Source of the DNA: Actinomycetes bacterium | GTDB taxonomy: Bacteria; Actinomycetota; Acidimicrobiia; Acidimicrobiales; Acidimicrobiaceae | NCBI GenBank assembly: GCA_021799875.1 | Contig: JAJYZP010000003.1 | Coordinates: 216 to 64,215 of the forward strand | Reading direction: 5' to 3' | Length of the DNA: 64,000 nt | Part shown: positions 9,407 to 17,620 of the stretch, one piece after another | Position numbering within the stretch: the stretch's first letter is position 1 | Layout: every line of letters begins with the position of its first letter | Made by a program: the position numbers and the translations under genes | Notes under the pieces: generated by a model | Seen by the model: only the letters and a program-made list of their open reading frames with translations | Database searches by the model: none | Told to the model about the DNA's origin: nothing

Positions 9407-9448
9407 TTGCTCTTTGCTCTTTGATCTTTGCTCTTTGCTCTTCGCTCT
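9407..9448. repeat. Heptanucleotide microsatellite (TTGCTCT) x6, two units with one substitution
   Basis: Read directly: ttgctct ttgctct ttgatct ttgctct ttgctct tcgctct. It lies in a roughly 1.2 kb stretch with no convincing gene. Confidence 0.9.
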
Positions 9449-10234
9449 TAGGTCGAGGAGTGCTCCGAGTCATCGACGGCACCGGCTTAGGCCCCGTTCG
9501 ATTGGGTTGAGATGACCCATCGATCGTCCGTGAGTTGTTGCGATCTCTGCGACAAGTACCCCAAACGGGATTCGTCGCCACCTGTAAGGTGCGGAAGGAG
9601 CCTATGAGGTGTGCGGTTCAGACCAGCACCTTCTGCACGGTCGTCAGCTCGCGTCTCTGCCGTGAACTACTCGGACAGAACTGAAGAGAGGGTGCTCGGT
9701 TGGACGGCATGTGGAGTGAGCGGCCACCTCCAGGGTCCGAGTGTGGCTCGGTCCAGCTGTACCCGAATTGTGCTGTACTCTCAGTGTGTTCACAAGGGGA
9801 GCTCTCCGAGTCCGTCGATGCGCGAGAGATTGTGATCCTACTGCGTGGGACTCAGACACAAGGTCGTTGCTCAGATGCGGAGGATGCATTCATCGGCGAT
9901 CGTGGATCTCTCGCTTCGATGGCCATGGGCCTTGTGTTCTTGAGACCTCTGCACGAGGGTAGGTGGGTGAGGTATCAGCGAGGGGGTACATCAGCGGTGC
10001 TGTCTCGGTGGCCTTCTGGAATGCTCTCCGCTCTGTCGCTGTTGAGTGCTACTGTGAGATGCGGAGGAATTGTGGGAGTGAGGTCTTCCGACGATGTCGA
10101 TCAAGAGCGCTTAACATGAGGTTTTTATAAACTCTCAGTGAGTTAAGTAATACTTAGAGTAGTCTTGTCGATAACTTCAGTAGGACCTTGAAAGGTGGCA
10201 TTTGTATCCAACGTGCTCGAGGTGTCAGGGGTAG

Positions 10235-11317
10235 GTGACGCGCTTGTCGTGGCTAAGGAACGCTGATGACTCGCTCATTGAAGAGCGGGGGACTGAGGCA
10301 TATGCGCGTCTGTTTTGGCGCGAGGGTTCTCGGTGGGCCGGTCTCATCCTCGTGACCATCGGCCTCGTGACACTGGCCGCTTGGTTTCTCGGTGGGTACG
10401 GTAATCTCGCTTCGGGTCCGATCGGCCTGACTATGGTAGGTCTAGGGATCTTCGCGGTGAGTACTGCGGGGTATCGCGGTAAGCGGTGGTTTCTGAGCTA
10501 CCTGCTCCTTGGGGTAGCTGCATCGAATTTTGTCGCCTTCGTTGGTCGTGGCTCTGATGTCTCCATGGTGGCGTTCGTTGAGTTCATAGCGCTCGTGCTC
10601 GTTGCGTTCGCGTACCTACACCGTCGTGAAGCCGCACTCGTCGTCGGCGGCGTGGCAGTCGGTTATGCACTGGTGGTCATTACGGGCGCGAACTTCACCG
10701 ATCCTTTGGTGGACTGGATCACCGTGGTCGCCACGCTGTCGTTCGTGGGGACCTTTACCTCGAAGTTGGTGCGAAGGCTTGCTCGGTTGGCCTACCTTGA
10801 CGAACTCACCAAGCTTCCGAATCGACGCTATCTTCTAGCGACCCTTCGGAGAGAGATGGCGGCGAGCCTTCGAGAGGGAACTTCTCTCTCGGTTTCGATG
10901 ATCGACCTCGATGGCTTTAAGACGGTCAACGATACACAAGGTCACGTTGCAGGCGATCAGCTCCTTGAGAGGTTGGGCGCAACCTGGTCTCGTTCGCTGA
11001 GGGCAAACGACTTTATCGGACGCTATGGAGGCGATGAGTTTGTAGTGATCTGTCCTCGTTGTCCGAAGGAAGAGGCGGAGCGTGTCGTGACGCGTCTACT
11101 CCGCACGACTTCGAAGGAGATCAGTGCGTCGTGGGGGTGTGCAGAGTGGGATGGTGTCGAGAGTCTCGAAAAGCTGATCGATCGATGTGACAGGGGTCTC
11201 TACTCCACCAAGATGAATCGGCAGGCGAATCTCATGCACCCTCTTGCCTCTTCGCCACACATTGTGATCGATCTTACTGGAGAGACCCAGCGCAGACGGG
11301 ATAGCTTTCTTCGATAG
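10235..11317 (+). CDS. Membrane-anchored diguanylate cyclase (GGDEF domain with RxxD I-site)
   Basis: About 5 N-terminal hydrophobic segments, then LDELTKLPNRR, IDLDGFKTVND and RANDFIGRYGGDEFVV (RxxD five residues before GGDEF). Confidence 0.85.
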   Translation: MTRLSWLRNADDSLIEERGTEAYARLFWREGSRWAGLILVTIGLVTLAAWFLGGYGNLASGPIGLTMVGLGIFAVSTAGYRGKRWFLSYLLLGVAASNFVAFVGRGSDVSMVAFVEFIALVLVAFAYLHRREAALVVGGVAVGYALVVITGANFTDPLVDWITVVATLSFVGTFTSKLVRRLARLAYLDELTKLPNRRYLLATLRREMAASLREGTSLSVSMIDLDGFKTVNDTQGHVAGDQLLERLGATWSRSLRANDFIGRYGGDEFVVICPRCPKEEAERVVTRLLRTTSKEISASWGCAEWDGVESLEKLIDRCDRGLYSTKMNRQANLMHPLASSPHIVIDLTGETQRRRDSFLR

Positions 11318-11328
11318 GCCTGGGCTTC

Positions 11329-12768
11329 TTAGCGGCCTGAGATTCGTAGCAATCGCTCGAGTGCTGCTGGCTGTCCGGCGAGGTGCACGTGAAGGTAGGA
11401 GCTCAGGAGGCGCTCGTGACCAAACCCTGATCTTCGTTGTTCGGTGCCGACTGAGTAGGCCAAGCACGATCCCTCTGGCTCGGTGTGGGAGTAGTGGAAC
11501 TCGTGCGCAGTGAACCGCTCTCCTTCTTCGAAGAGCAGGTTGTCTTGCGTTGCTCTCGCATCTCGATACCCCATCGTGAGACGAGTGGTCATAGTGGCTC
11601 GGGTAGGGAGGAGACCTGCGAGCTCTGTGGTTTCGAGCGATCGACCCAGAAGGAGATGCCCTCCGCACTCAGCCCAGATCGCCCCTCCCTGGAGAGCGAA
11701 GGCACGAAGCGACGATAGCATCGCTTTGTTTGCCCCGAGGACGTCTAAGTAGGTCTCAGGAAATCCACCCCCGAGCAGACAGAGATCGGTCTGTGAAGGG
11801 ATGGCCTCATCGTGGAGAGGATCAAATGGCTGCAAACGAGCGCCGGCCTCCCTTAGGAGATCGAGGTTCTCCTGATACGTAAAGCTGAAGGCCGCTCCGG
11901 TGGCGTAGCTGACGACCGGTGTTCGTTGGGGTTCCCGGACGGTCGGGGAAGAGTGAGAGGTTAGCTGCGGTACTGGTCGAGCTAAAGATACGAGTGTATC
12001 AAGATCGAGATGGCCATTGATCTCGTCAGAGATCTCTCGGAGACGTGCCTCAAGCGTCGGCACGTACTCTGCGGCAGGAATGAGCCCGAGATGCCGACGG
12101 TCGAGACGGAGGGCGTTGGAGGCCGGTAGCGCACCAAGAAATGGGATACCTCGTGCAGCTAGCGCGCGGGCGATGCTCGTTTCGTGACGGGGGGAGGCGA
12201 CCTTGTTGAGGATGACGGCGGTGACCGTACACGCAGGTGAGTACGTCGCGAGCCCGTGGACGATCGCAGCGGCCGTCTGTGAGGTTGCCTCGACGTCAAC
12301 GATAAGGATAACGGGCAGTGAGGTCGCAACGGCGATATGTGCGGTCGAGGCGAACGGTATTGCGGAGTCTCCCGTGTCGGAGAGCTCGGTACTTAGACCG
12401 CTGGGCCGATCGTACGCTCCGTCGAAGAGACCCATGACTCCCTCGACTACGGTGATCTCGGCTCCTTCCGCAGCTCGCTGGAGTGATCGCAGTACTCCAG
12501 GTGAACCGCCAGTTAGGTAAGGGTCAAGGTTGTAGCTCGGTCGTCCACAGGCGATGCGATGATAGCTGGGGTCGATGTAGTCGGGACCGACCTTTGCTCC
12601 TCCGACGGATACTCCTCGCCGCCGCAATGCCGACATGATTCCAGCGGTGATGGTAGTCTTGCCGCTGCCCGACCGTGCCGCCGCAACCAGCAGTCCGGAG
12701 GATCGAAGAGGGCGCTCCGCGGCAATCGTTGAACCTTCTTGGTCATAGATTTTCGGAGTTGTGGTCAT
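11329..12768 (-). CDS. cobB: Cobyrinate a,c-diamide synthase
   Basis: GSGKTTITAGIMSALRRRGVSVGGAKVGPDYIDPSYH N-terminal ATPase motif, plus a C-terminal glutamine amidotransferase part (ECGG). Confidence 0.9.
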   Translation of the reverse strand: MTTTPKIYDQEGSTIAAERPLRSSGLLVAAARSGSGKTTITAGIMSALRRRGVSVGGAKVGPDYIDPSYHRIACGRPSYNLDPYLTGGSPGVLRSLQRAAEGAEITVVEGVMGLFDGAYDRPSGLSTELSDTGDSAIPFASTAHIAVATSLPVILIVDVEATSQTAAAIVHGLATYSPACTVTAVILNKVASPRHETSIARALAARGIPFLGALPASNALRLDRRHLGLIPAAEYVPTLEARLREISDEINGHLDLDTLVSLARPVPQLTSHSSPTVREPQRTPVVSYATGAAFSFTYQENLDLLREAGARLQPFDPLHDEAIPSQTDLCLLGGGFPETYLDVLGANKAMLSSLRAFALQGGAIWAECGGHLLLGRSLETTELAGLLPTRATMTTRLTMGYRDARATQDNLLFEEGERFTAHEFHYSHTEPEGSCLAYSVGTEQRRSGFGHERLLSSYLHVHLAGQPAALERLLRISGR

Positions 12769-12834
12769 AGTGGTCGGCTGCGTGGAGGCTCGGTCAAACT
12801 CTCGGTCGTACTTGAGGTCCGAAGCGGCGGCGGC

Positions 12835-13458
12835 TCAGTACTCGATGCCCTTTTTGGCGCGAATACCGAGGTCGTAGGCGTGTTTGATCTTTCTCATCTC
12901 GGTGACGGTATCGGCGACTTCGATAAGACCTTCTGGAGCATTGCGTCCCGTCAGAATCACGTTTGTCTTCGGAGCTCGGGCTCGTATGGTCTCAACGACG
13001 TCGTCGAGGGGGATCCAACCGTAGTTGATTGCATAGGTGATCTCGTCGAGAATGACCATCTCGTACTCTCCGCTGAGTAGCTTCTCTTTGGCGACGGTCC
13101 AAGCGTGCTGGCCAAGGTGCTCCGTCTGTACTAGGTCCTCCGACTCCCAAGTAAAGCCATCGCCGAGAGCGTGCCACTCGATCTCGAGGTGATCCGCTAA
13201 CTTCTTCTCGCCGACCTTCCATTTTCCACTCTTTACGAACTGGATAACGATCACACGCCATCCCCGCGCCCATGCCCGGGTCATGACACCAAATGCAGCG
13301 GAAGACTTTCCTTTGCCATGGCCAGTGTTGATCAGTACTCGGGACTCGACGCGCTCCATCTCCTTTACGGTAGTATCTTGGCAGAGCACTTCGGGGAATC
13401 TGGTGAAAATCCAGAGCTGGCCCGCAACTGTAACTAGGTAGTCATGCTCAGATGCCAC
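12835..13458 (-). CDS. cobO: Cob(I)yrinic acid a,c-diamide adenosyltransferase
   Basis: TGHGKGKSSAAFG P-loop, FVKSGKWKVGE, and ILDEITYAINYGWI. Start uncertain: GTG 13458 (listed), GTG 13389 or ATG 13359. The first roughly 33 codons of the long form overlap the riboswitch on the other strand. Confidence 0.85.
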   Translation of the reverse strand: MASEHDYLVTVAGQLWIFTRFPEVLCQDTTVKEMERVESRVLINTGHGKGKSSAAFGVMTRAWARGWRVIVIQFVKSGKWKVGEKKLADHLEIEWHALGDGFTWESEDLVQTEHLGQHAWTVAKEKLLSGEYEMVILDEITYAINYGWIPLDDVVETIRARAPKTNVILTGRNAPEGLIEVADTVTEMRKIKHAYDLGIRAKKGIEY

Positions 13459-13535
13459 GGCGACGCAGAAGCTGGAAGGCGAGCGACGGCAGTGACCTAG
13501 AAGTCAGGAAACCGAGGCGCGAGAGTCTGCGAGTG
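13375..13535 (+). promoter_or_regulatory. Cobalamin (adenosylcobalamin) riboswitch upstream of cobU
   Basis: Core GGGGAATCTGGTGAAAATCCAGAGCTGGCCCGCAACTGTAA. Then GCCACGG...GCTGGAAGGC. B12 box AGAAGTCAGGAAACCGAGG at about 13499-13517. It lies immediately 5' of the cob operon. Confidence 0.8.
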
Positions 13536-13544
13536 GGGAGATGC

Positions 13545-14150
13545 GTGGGAGCCGTCAAAAAGATCCTCGTGCTTGGTGGCACGAGGTCGGGTAAGTCTCG
13601 TTTCGCTGAGGAGCTTTTAGGTTCCTCGAGCGTTCTGTACGTCGCGACTTCGGGTCGGAGTCTGGACGAGGAGTTCAACCGCCGTGTCCTGACGCATCAG
13701 CGTCGGCGACCTGTGACGTGGGAGACCGTAGAGATCGATGGCTCGACCGAGTCCGGTTTGCAAGAGATCTGCCACCATATCGTTCACAGTGATCGCCCGG
13801 TCTTGGTGGAGTCCCTTGGAAGCGTCTCGATGGGACTCTTGGGAGACGCTGGCGGTGATGATGTCGCAGTGGATGCTACGATCTCTGACAGTAGTAAGTT
13901 CGAACGAGCCTGTGGAGCACTTGCGCACGCTTTGGCGGTAGCTAGCGTGCCAGTGGTGATCGTCTCTGAAGAGGTCGGTCTTGCCCCTCACCCCTTGACC
14001 GAGGTTGGCCGACGCTATGTCGACCTTCACGGCTCGGTCAATCAAGAGATTGCTTCCCACTGTGACCAGGTCTTCTTCGTGGTAGCGGGTCAGGCGCTCA
14101 CGCTCTCTCGTGGTGAGATTGCCCGGTCTGACCTCGGGCTGAAGCTGTGA
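13545..14150 (+). CDS. cobU: Adenosylcobinamide kinase / adenosylcobinamide-phosphate guanylyltransferase
   Basis: ILVLGGTRSGKSRFAEEL P-loop at the N-terminus. Start chosen at GTG 13545 after GGGGAG (13535-13540). The listed ORF start at 13452 would run through the riboswitch. Confidence 0.85.
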   Translation: MGAVKKILVLGGTRSGKSRFAEELLGSSSVLYVATSGRSLDEEFNRRVLTHQRRRPVTWETVEIDGSTESGLQEICHHIVHSDRPVLVESLGSVSMGLLGDAGGDDVAVDATISDSSKFERACGALAHALAVASVPVVIVSEEVGLAPHPLTEVGRRYVDLHGSVNQEIASHCDQVFFVVAGQALTLSRGEIARSDLGLKL

Positions 14151-14881
14151 TCGGCTCTCTGCGGTCCGCACTGGCGTTTCTCACGATCTTGCCGGCAGGA
14201 GGTGAGCTCGGCTCAGGTTCTGTTGGTTTCTTTTGGTGTGCCGGCCTGTTCGTTGGAGTGGTCATCGGGCTGATTTGGACGATTGGGACTGCGATATGGG
14301 GACCGGTGGTCGGAGCGACACTGTGTGTTGGTGTCGAAGTCATCCTTACGCGTGGCCTGCACTACGACGGCGTTGGGGACCTAGCGGACGGCCTTTTCGT
14401 TCATGGCGTCGACGCTGCGCGCCGCCGGGAGATTATGGGGGATCCACGGATCGGCGCACTTGGGGCCCTGACGTTAATAATTACGGTTCTTCTTCGGGTT
14501 GCGATCCTCAGTGATCTGCACGCTGCGGTCGGCGAACTCATAGGAGTAACCGTTCTGAGTCGGGTAACGCTATCGATCGGGCTGTTGATGCAAGCGCCAG
14601 CGAAGACGACTGGGCTGGTGGCGCTCTTTCAGGATCCTCCGCTTCGAGTTGGCACGTACGTCGTGCTCGGGATCGGTGCTGTGGCCGGAGTGGTGGCACA
14701 GGTGGTCAGCTCAGGTCTTGTGGCTGGCCTTGGCTCGTGTGCTGCAGTGGTCGTCGTAGGAACAGCACTGCAGGTGTTGGCCGGGCGACGTCTTGGAGGG
14801 TTGACTGGGGACGTTTTAGGTGCGTCGTCCGTCGTTGGCGAGGTCGGTGGACTCTTGGTCCTTGCTGGGCTCGGGCGATGA
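14147..14881 (+). CDS. cobS: Adenosylcobinamide-GDP ribazoletransferase (cobalamin synthase)
   Basis: LRSALAFLTILP N-terminus, polytopic membrane protein, DGLADG-like motif GDLADGLF, and a GTGA overlap with the cobU stop. Confidence 0.85.
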   Translation: MIGSLRSALAFLTILPAGGELGSGSVGFFWCAGLFVGVVIGLIWTIGTAIWGPVVGATLCVGVEVILTRGLHYDGVGDLADGLFVHGVDAARRREIMGDPRIGALGALTLIITVLLRVAILSDLHAAVGELIGVTVLSRVTLSIGLLMQAPAKTTGLVALFQDPPLRVGTYVVLGIGAVAGVVAQVVSSGLVAGLGSCAAVVVVGTALQVLAGRRLGGLTGDVLGASSVVGEVGGLLVLAGLGR

Positions 14882-15900
14882 AGCGAGAGGGAGTTGTGAA
14901 GACCGCTGATACCAGTCAACTGATGCAACGATTGACCAAGAGTAGGAGTGCAGCCCTTGCGATGGGAAGGTTGGCAGACCAAGTCTTTGGAGATCCGCCC
15001 TCGAGCAGACATCCCGTAGCGATCTTCGGTTCGGTGATGGAGACGTTGACGACCTATGGCTGGGCCGACACTCGTCTCCGAGGTGCGGTGCTCTGCAGTG
15101 TGGGACTCGGACTCACCACGTTGCTGGGTGCAGCGATTGGTGGACGAAGTAGTGCTCTAGCGATCTCGACCTGGATGACCGTCGGGGAGGCTCAGCTGCA
15201 ACGTACTGCTCTTGAGATCGGCGAACTCGTACGGAACGGAGATCTCGATGCGGCTCGCAAGCGCTGTGGCGAGATCGTAGGTCGAAAGACCAGCGAACTC
15301 GACGAGAGTGAGATCTGTCGTGCGGTCGTCGAGTCGGTAGCGGAGAACACGGCCGATGGCGTCGTTGGCCCCCTGTTGTATGGCGCTCTCTTCGGACCGA
15401 CCGGTGCCCTTCTCTATCGTGCAATCAACACCATGGATGCCATGTTTGGACACCGTACGCCGGAGTTTGAGCGTTTTGGTTGGTTTGCCGCCAGGATCGA
15501 TGATGTAGCCAATCTGCCCGTCTCCCGTCTCGGAGCACTCCTCGTCTCGCTGCGCTGTTCCCGAGGGCAGCGCCAAGCGCTCCGTCGGGCTTGGTCGAGC
15601 GCACGAAAACACCCTTCACCGAATGCGGGTGTGATCGAGGCCGCCTTCGCAGTCAAGCTCGGCGTGACGCTCGGTGGGCGTAATGTCTATGGCGACCGGG
15701 TGGAGGAGCGAGTGCTTCTCGGCGACGGCCCCGCTCCTTCGGTCGAAGATATCGTAGGTGCGGTCGCGCTCTCCCGGAAGATGACGCGCGACTGTCTGAT
15801 GGTTTTTGCCTCTGTGGAGATGGTGACGCTCTTGATGCGTAACCGTTGGCGTTCGCAAGGCCCGATCCAACAGAGCGAAGGCGAAGGCTCTCATGACTAA
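14878..15900 (+). CDS. cbiB: Adenosylcobinamide-phosphate synthase
   Basis: GRLADQVFGDPPSSRHPVAIFG N-terminal signature of CbiB/CobD. Start set at ATG 14878, an ATGA overlap with the cobS stop. The listed ORF start at 14737 lies inside cobS. Confidence 0.85.
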   Translation: MKREGVVKTADTSQLMQRLTKSRSAALAMGRLADQVFGDPPSSRHPVAIFGSVMETLTTYGWADTRLRGAVLCSVGLGLTTLLGAAIGGRSSALAISTWMTVGEAQLQRTALEIGELVRNGDLDAARKRCGEIVGRKTSELDESEICRAVVESVAENTADGVVGPLLYGALFGPTGALLYRAINTMDAMFGHRTPEFERFGWFAARIDDVANLPVSRLGALLVSLRCSRGQRQALRRAWSSARKHPSPNAGVIEAAFAVKLGVTLGGRNVYGDRVEERVLLGDGPAPSVEDIVGAVALSRKMTRDCLMVFASVEMVTLLMRNRWRSQGPIQQSEGEGSHD

Positions 15901-17440
15901 GGCCCTCATGATAACGGGGACCTCGTCGTCGGCTGGTAAGTCCACCGTAGTGACGGCGCTCGGACGCCTAGCGCTGCGGCAGGGCATTCGTGTTGCGCCG
16001 TTCAAGGCTCAAAATATGGCACTGAATGCTGCAGTGACCCGCTCTGGCCACGAGATTGGACGAGCTCAGTACACCCAGGCGGTGGCCTGTGGCCTCGACG
16101 CGACGGTTTCAATGAATCCCATACTCCTCAAGCCGACCTCGGTGATGGAGTCACAGGTCGTGGTACGGGGCCGACCGTGGCGCTCGTTGAGTGCTTCGGA
16201 GTACTATGCGACGAAAAACGAGCTCTTTGACCTCGTGGTGGAGAGCTTCCGGGAGCTCGCGTCCTCCTGTGACCTCGTCCTGTTAGAGGGTGCGGGCTCT
16301 CCGGCAGAGATCAACCTCTTGGACTCAGATATCGTCAATCTACGGCTTGCCGATCGCCTTGGGATCGGATCGATTCTCGTGGGCGATATCGAGCTAGGTG
16401 GAGTCTTTGCTCAGATTTTTGGAACCTACGGTATTTTGCCTGAGCGCTATCGAGGACGCCTCGAAGGTTTTATCATCAACAAGTTTCGAGGAGATCCGAC
16501 GCTCTTGCTTTCGGGCATCGATGAGCTAGTACGTAGATGCGAAACGACGTACTTCGGGACTATTCCCTACGCTTCGATCACGCTTCCCGAAGAGGACTCC
16601 ATGGCACTTCGAAGAGAGGGCTTTCAGTATCGACTTGGAGCTGGGTCGAAGCTCCGAATCGGCGTCATCGCCCTGCCTCGTATCGCAAACTTTACCGATT
16701 TTGATCCGCTGTTCGGCGAAGGTGATCTCGACGTCTCCTATGTCGATAGTTCCGATCAACTCGAGGGTCTCGATCTCTGCATTGTGCCGGGCTCGAAGAG
16801 TACTGTTTCGGATCTGTCGTGGATGCGATCTCGAGCATTGGACCGTGCAATTCGACGGATGTTGGGGGGTGGTGGCTTCGTCCTTGGGATCTGTGGCGGC
16901 TACCAGATACTCGGTGAAAGTATTCGAGATGGCGTCGAGTCCGACGTAGATGAGGTTGAGGGTCTCGACCTCTTGCCGATTCGAACGGTCTTTGGTCGGA
17001 CCAAGGTCACTCGGCGACTGAGTGGAAGCTCAACGATCAATAATGAGGATGTGGCTGGCTACCACATTCATCACGGTGTATCCCATCGCACGGGTGGTAG
17101 GCCGTGGCTGCTACTTCGGGCCGATCCTGCAACGGAGCTCGAGAACCAAGAGCTGGATGCTACCGCCTTCGTGGAGACTACTGCGGTGATTGAAGATGGA
17201 GCGATCGACTCCACGGAGCACGTCTTTGGCGTCTCGCTCCATGGAATCTTTGATGCCGATCGCCATCGAGCGGCCTTCCTGACCAAGATCGCACACGCTC
17301 GGTCGAAGGAGTTCACCTCGCAGCTGCAGTTCTCACTCTCCCAAGAGCGATCGATCGATGAACTCGCTGATCTGCTCGATTCCACTCTTGACTGCGAGGC
17401 CATCTTTGCTCGTGCTGTGAAGGTTGCGATCCAGTGGTAG
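15893..17440 (+). CDS. cobQ: Cobyric acid synthase
   Basis: MITGTSSSAGKSTVVTALGR, EGAGSPAEINL, and a C-terminal GATase with GICGGYQILG. Overlaps the cbiB stop. Confidence 0.9.
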   Translation: MTKALMITGTSSSAGKSTVVTALGRLALRQGIRVAPFKAQNMALNAAVTRSGHEIGRAQYTQAVACGLDATVSMNPILLKPTSVMESQVVVRGRPWRSLSASEYYATKNELFDLVVESFRELASSCDLVLLEGAGSPAEINLLDSDIVNLRLADRLGIGSILVGDIELGGVFAQIFGTYGILPERYRGRLEGFIINKFRGDPTLLLSGIDELVRRCETTYFGTIPYASITLPEEDSMALRREGFQYRLGAGSKLRIGVIALPRIANFTDFDPLFGEGDLDVSYVDSSDQLEGLDLCIVPGSKSTVSDLSWMRSRALDRAIRRMLGGGGFVLGICGGYQILGESIRDGVESDVDEVEGLDLLPIRTVFGRTKVTRRLSGSSTINNEDVAGYHIHHGVSHRTGGRPWLLLRADPATELENQELDATAFVETTAVIEDGAIDSTEHVFGVSLHGIFDADRHRAAFLTKIAHARSKEFTSQLQFSLSQERSIDELADLLDSTLDCEAIFARAVKVAIQW

Positions 17441-17620
17441 TGAGGGTGCGAGTGGGGCAGTGGAAGCAGATCTCTCTGTGGTATGGCACTTCAGAGGAGG
17501 ATCGCTTGGCGCACGATAACGGTCTGGGTGCGTTTGAGCGGTTAGGCGAGGGTTTACAACTGCCATGAGAACGAGAAGACCGACCGGTGGCCACACCCGA
17601 CAACGAGAGTGGAGATAGTG

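Noticed and set aside
9384-9581. 65-aa minus-strand ORF that translates the TTGCTCT microsatellite as a KSEEQRAKIKEQRA basic peptide
   Set aside because: It has no RBS. The sequence is dominated by the repeat and by Arg/Pro/Ser, and no supporting context exists. I treat the repeat as non-coding.
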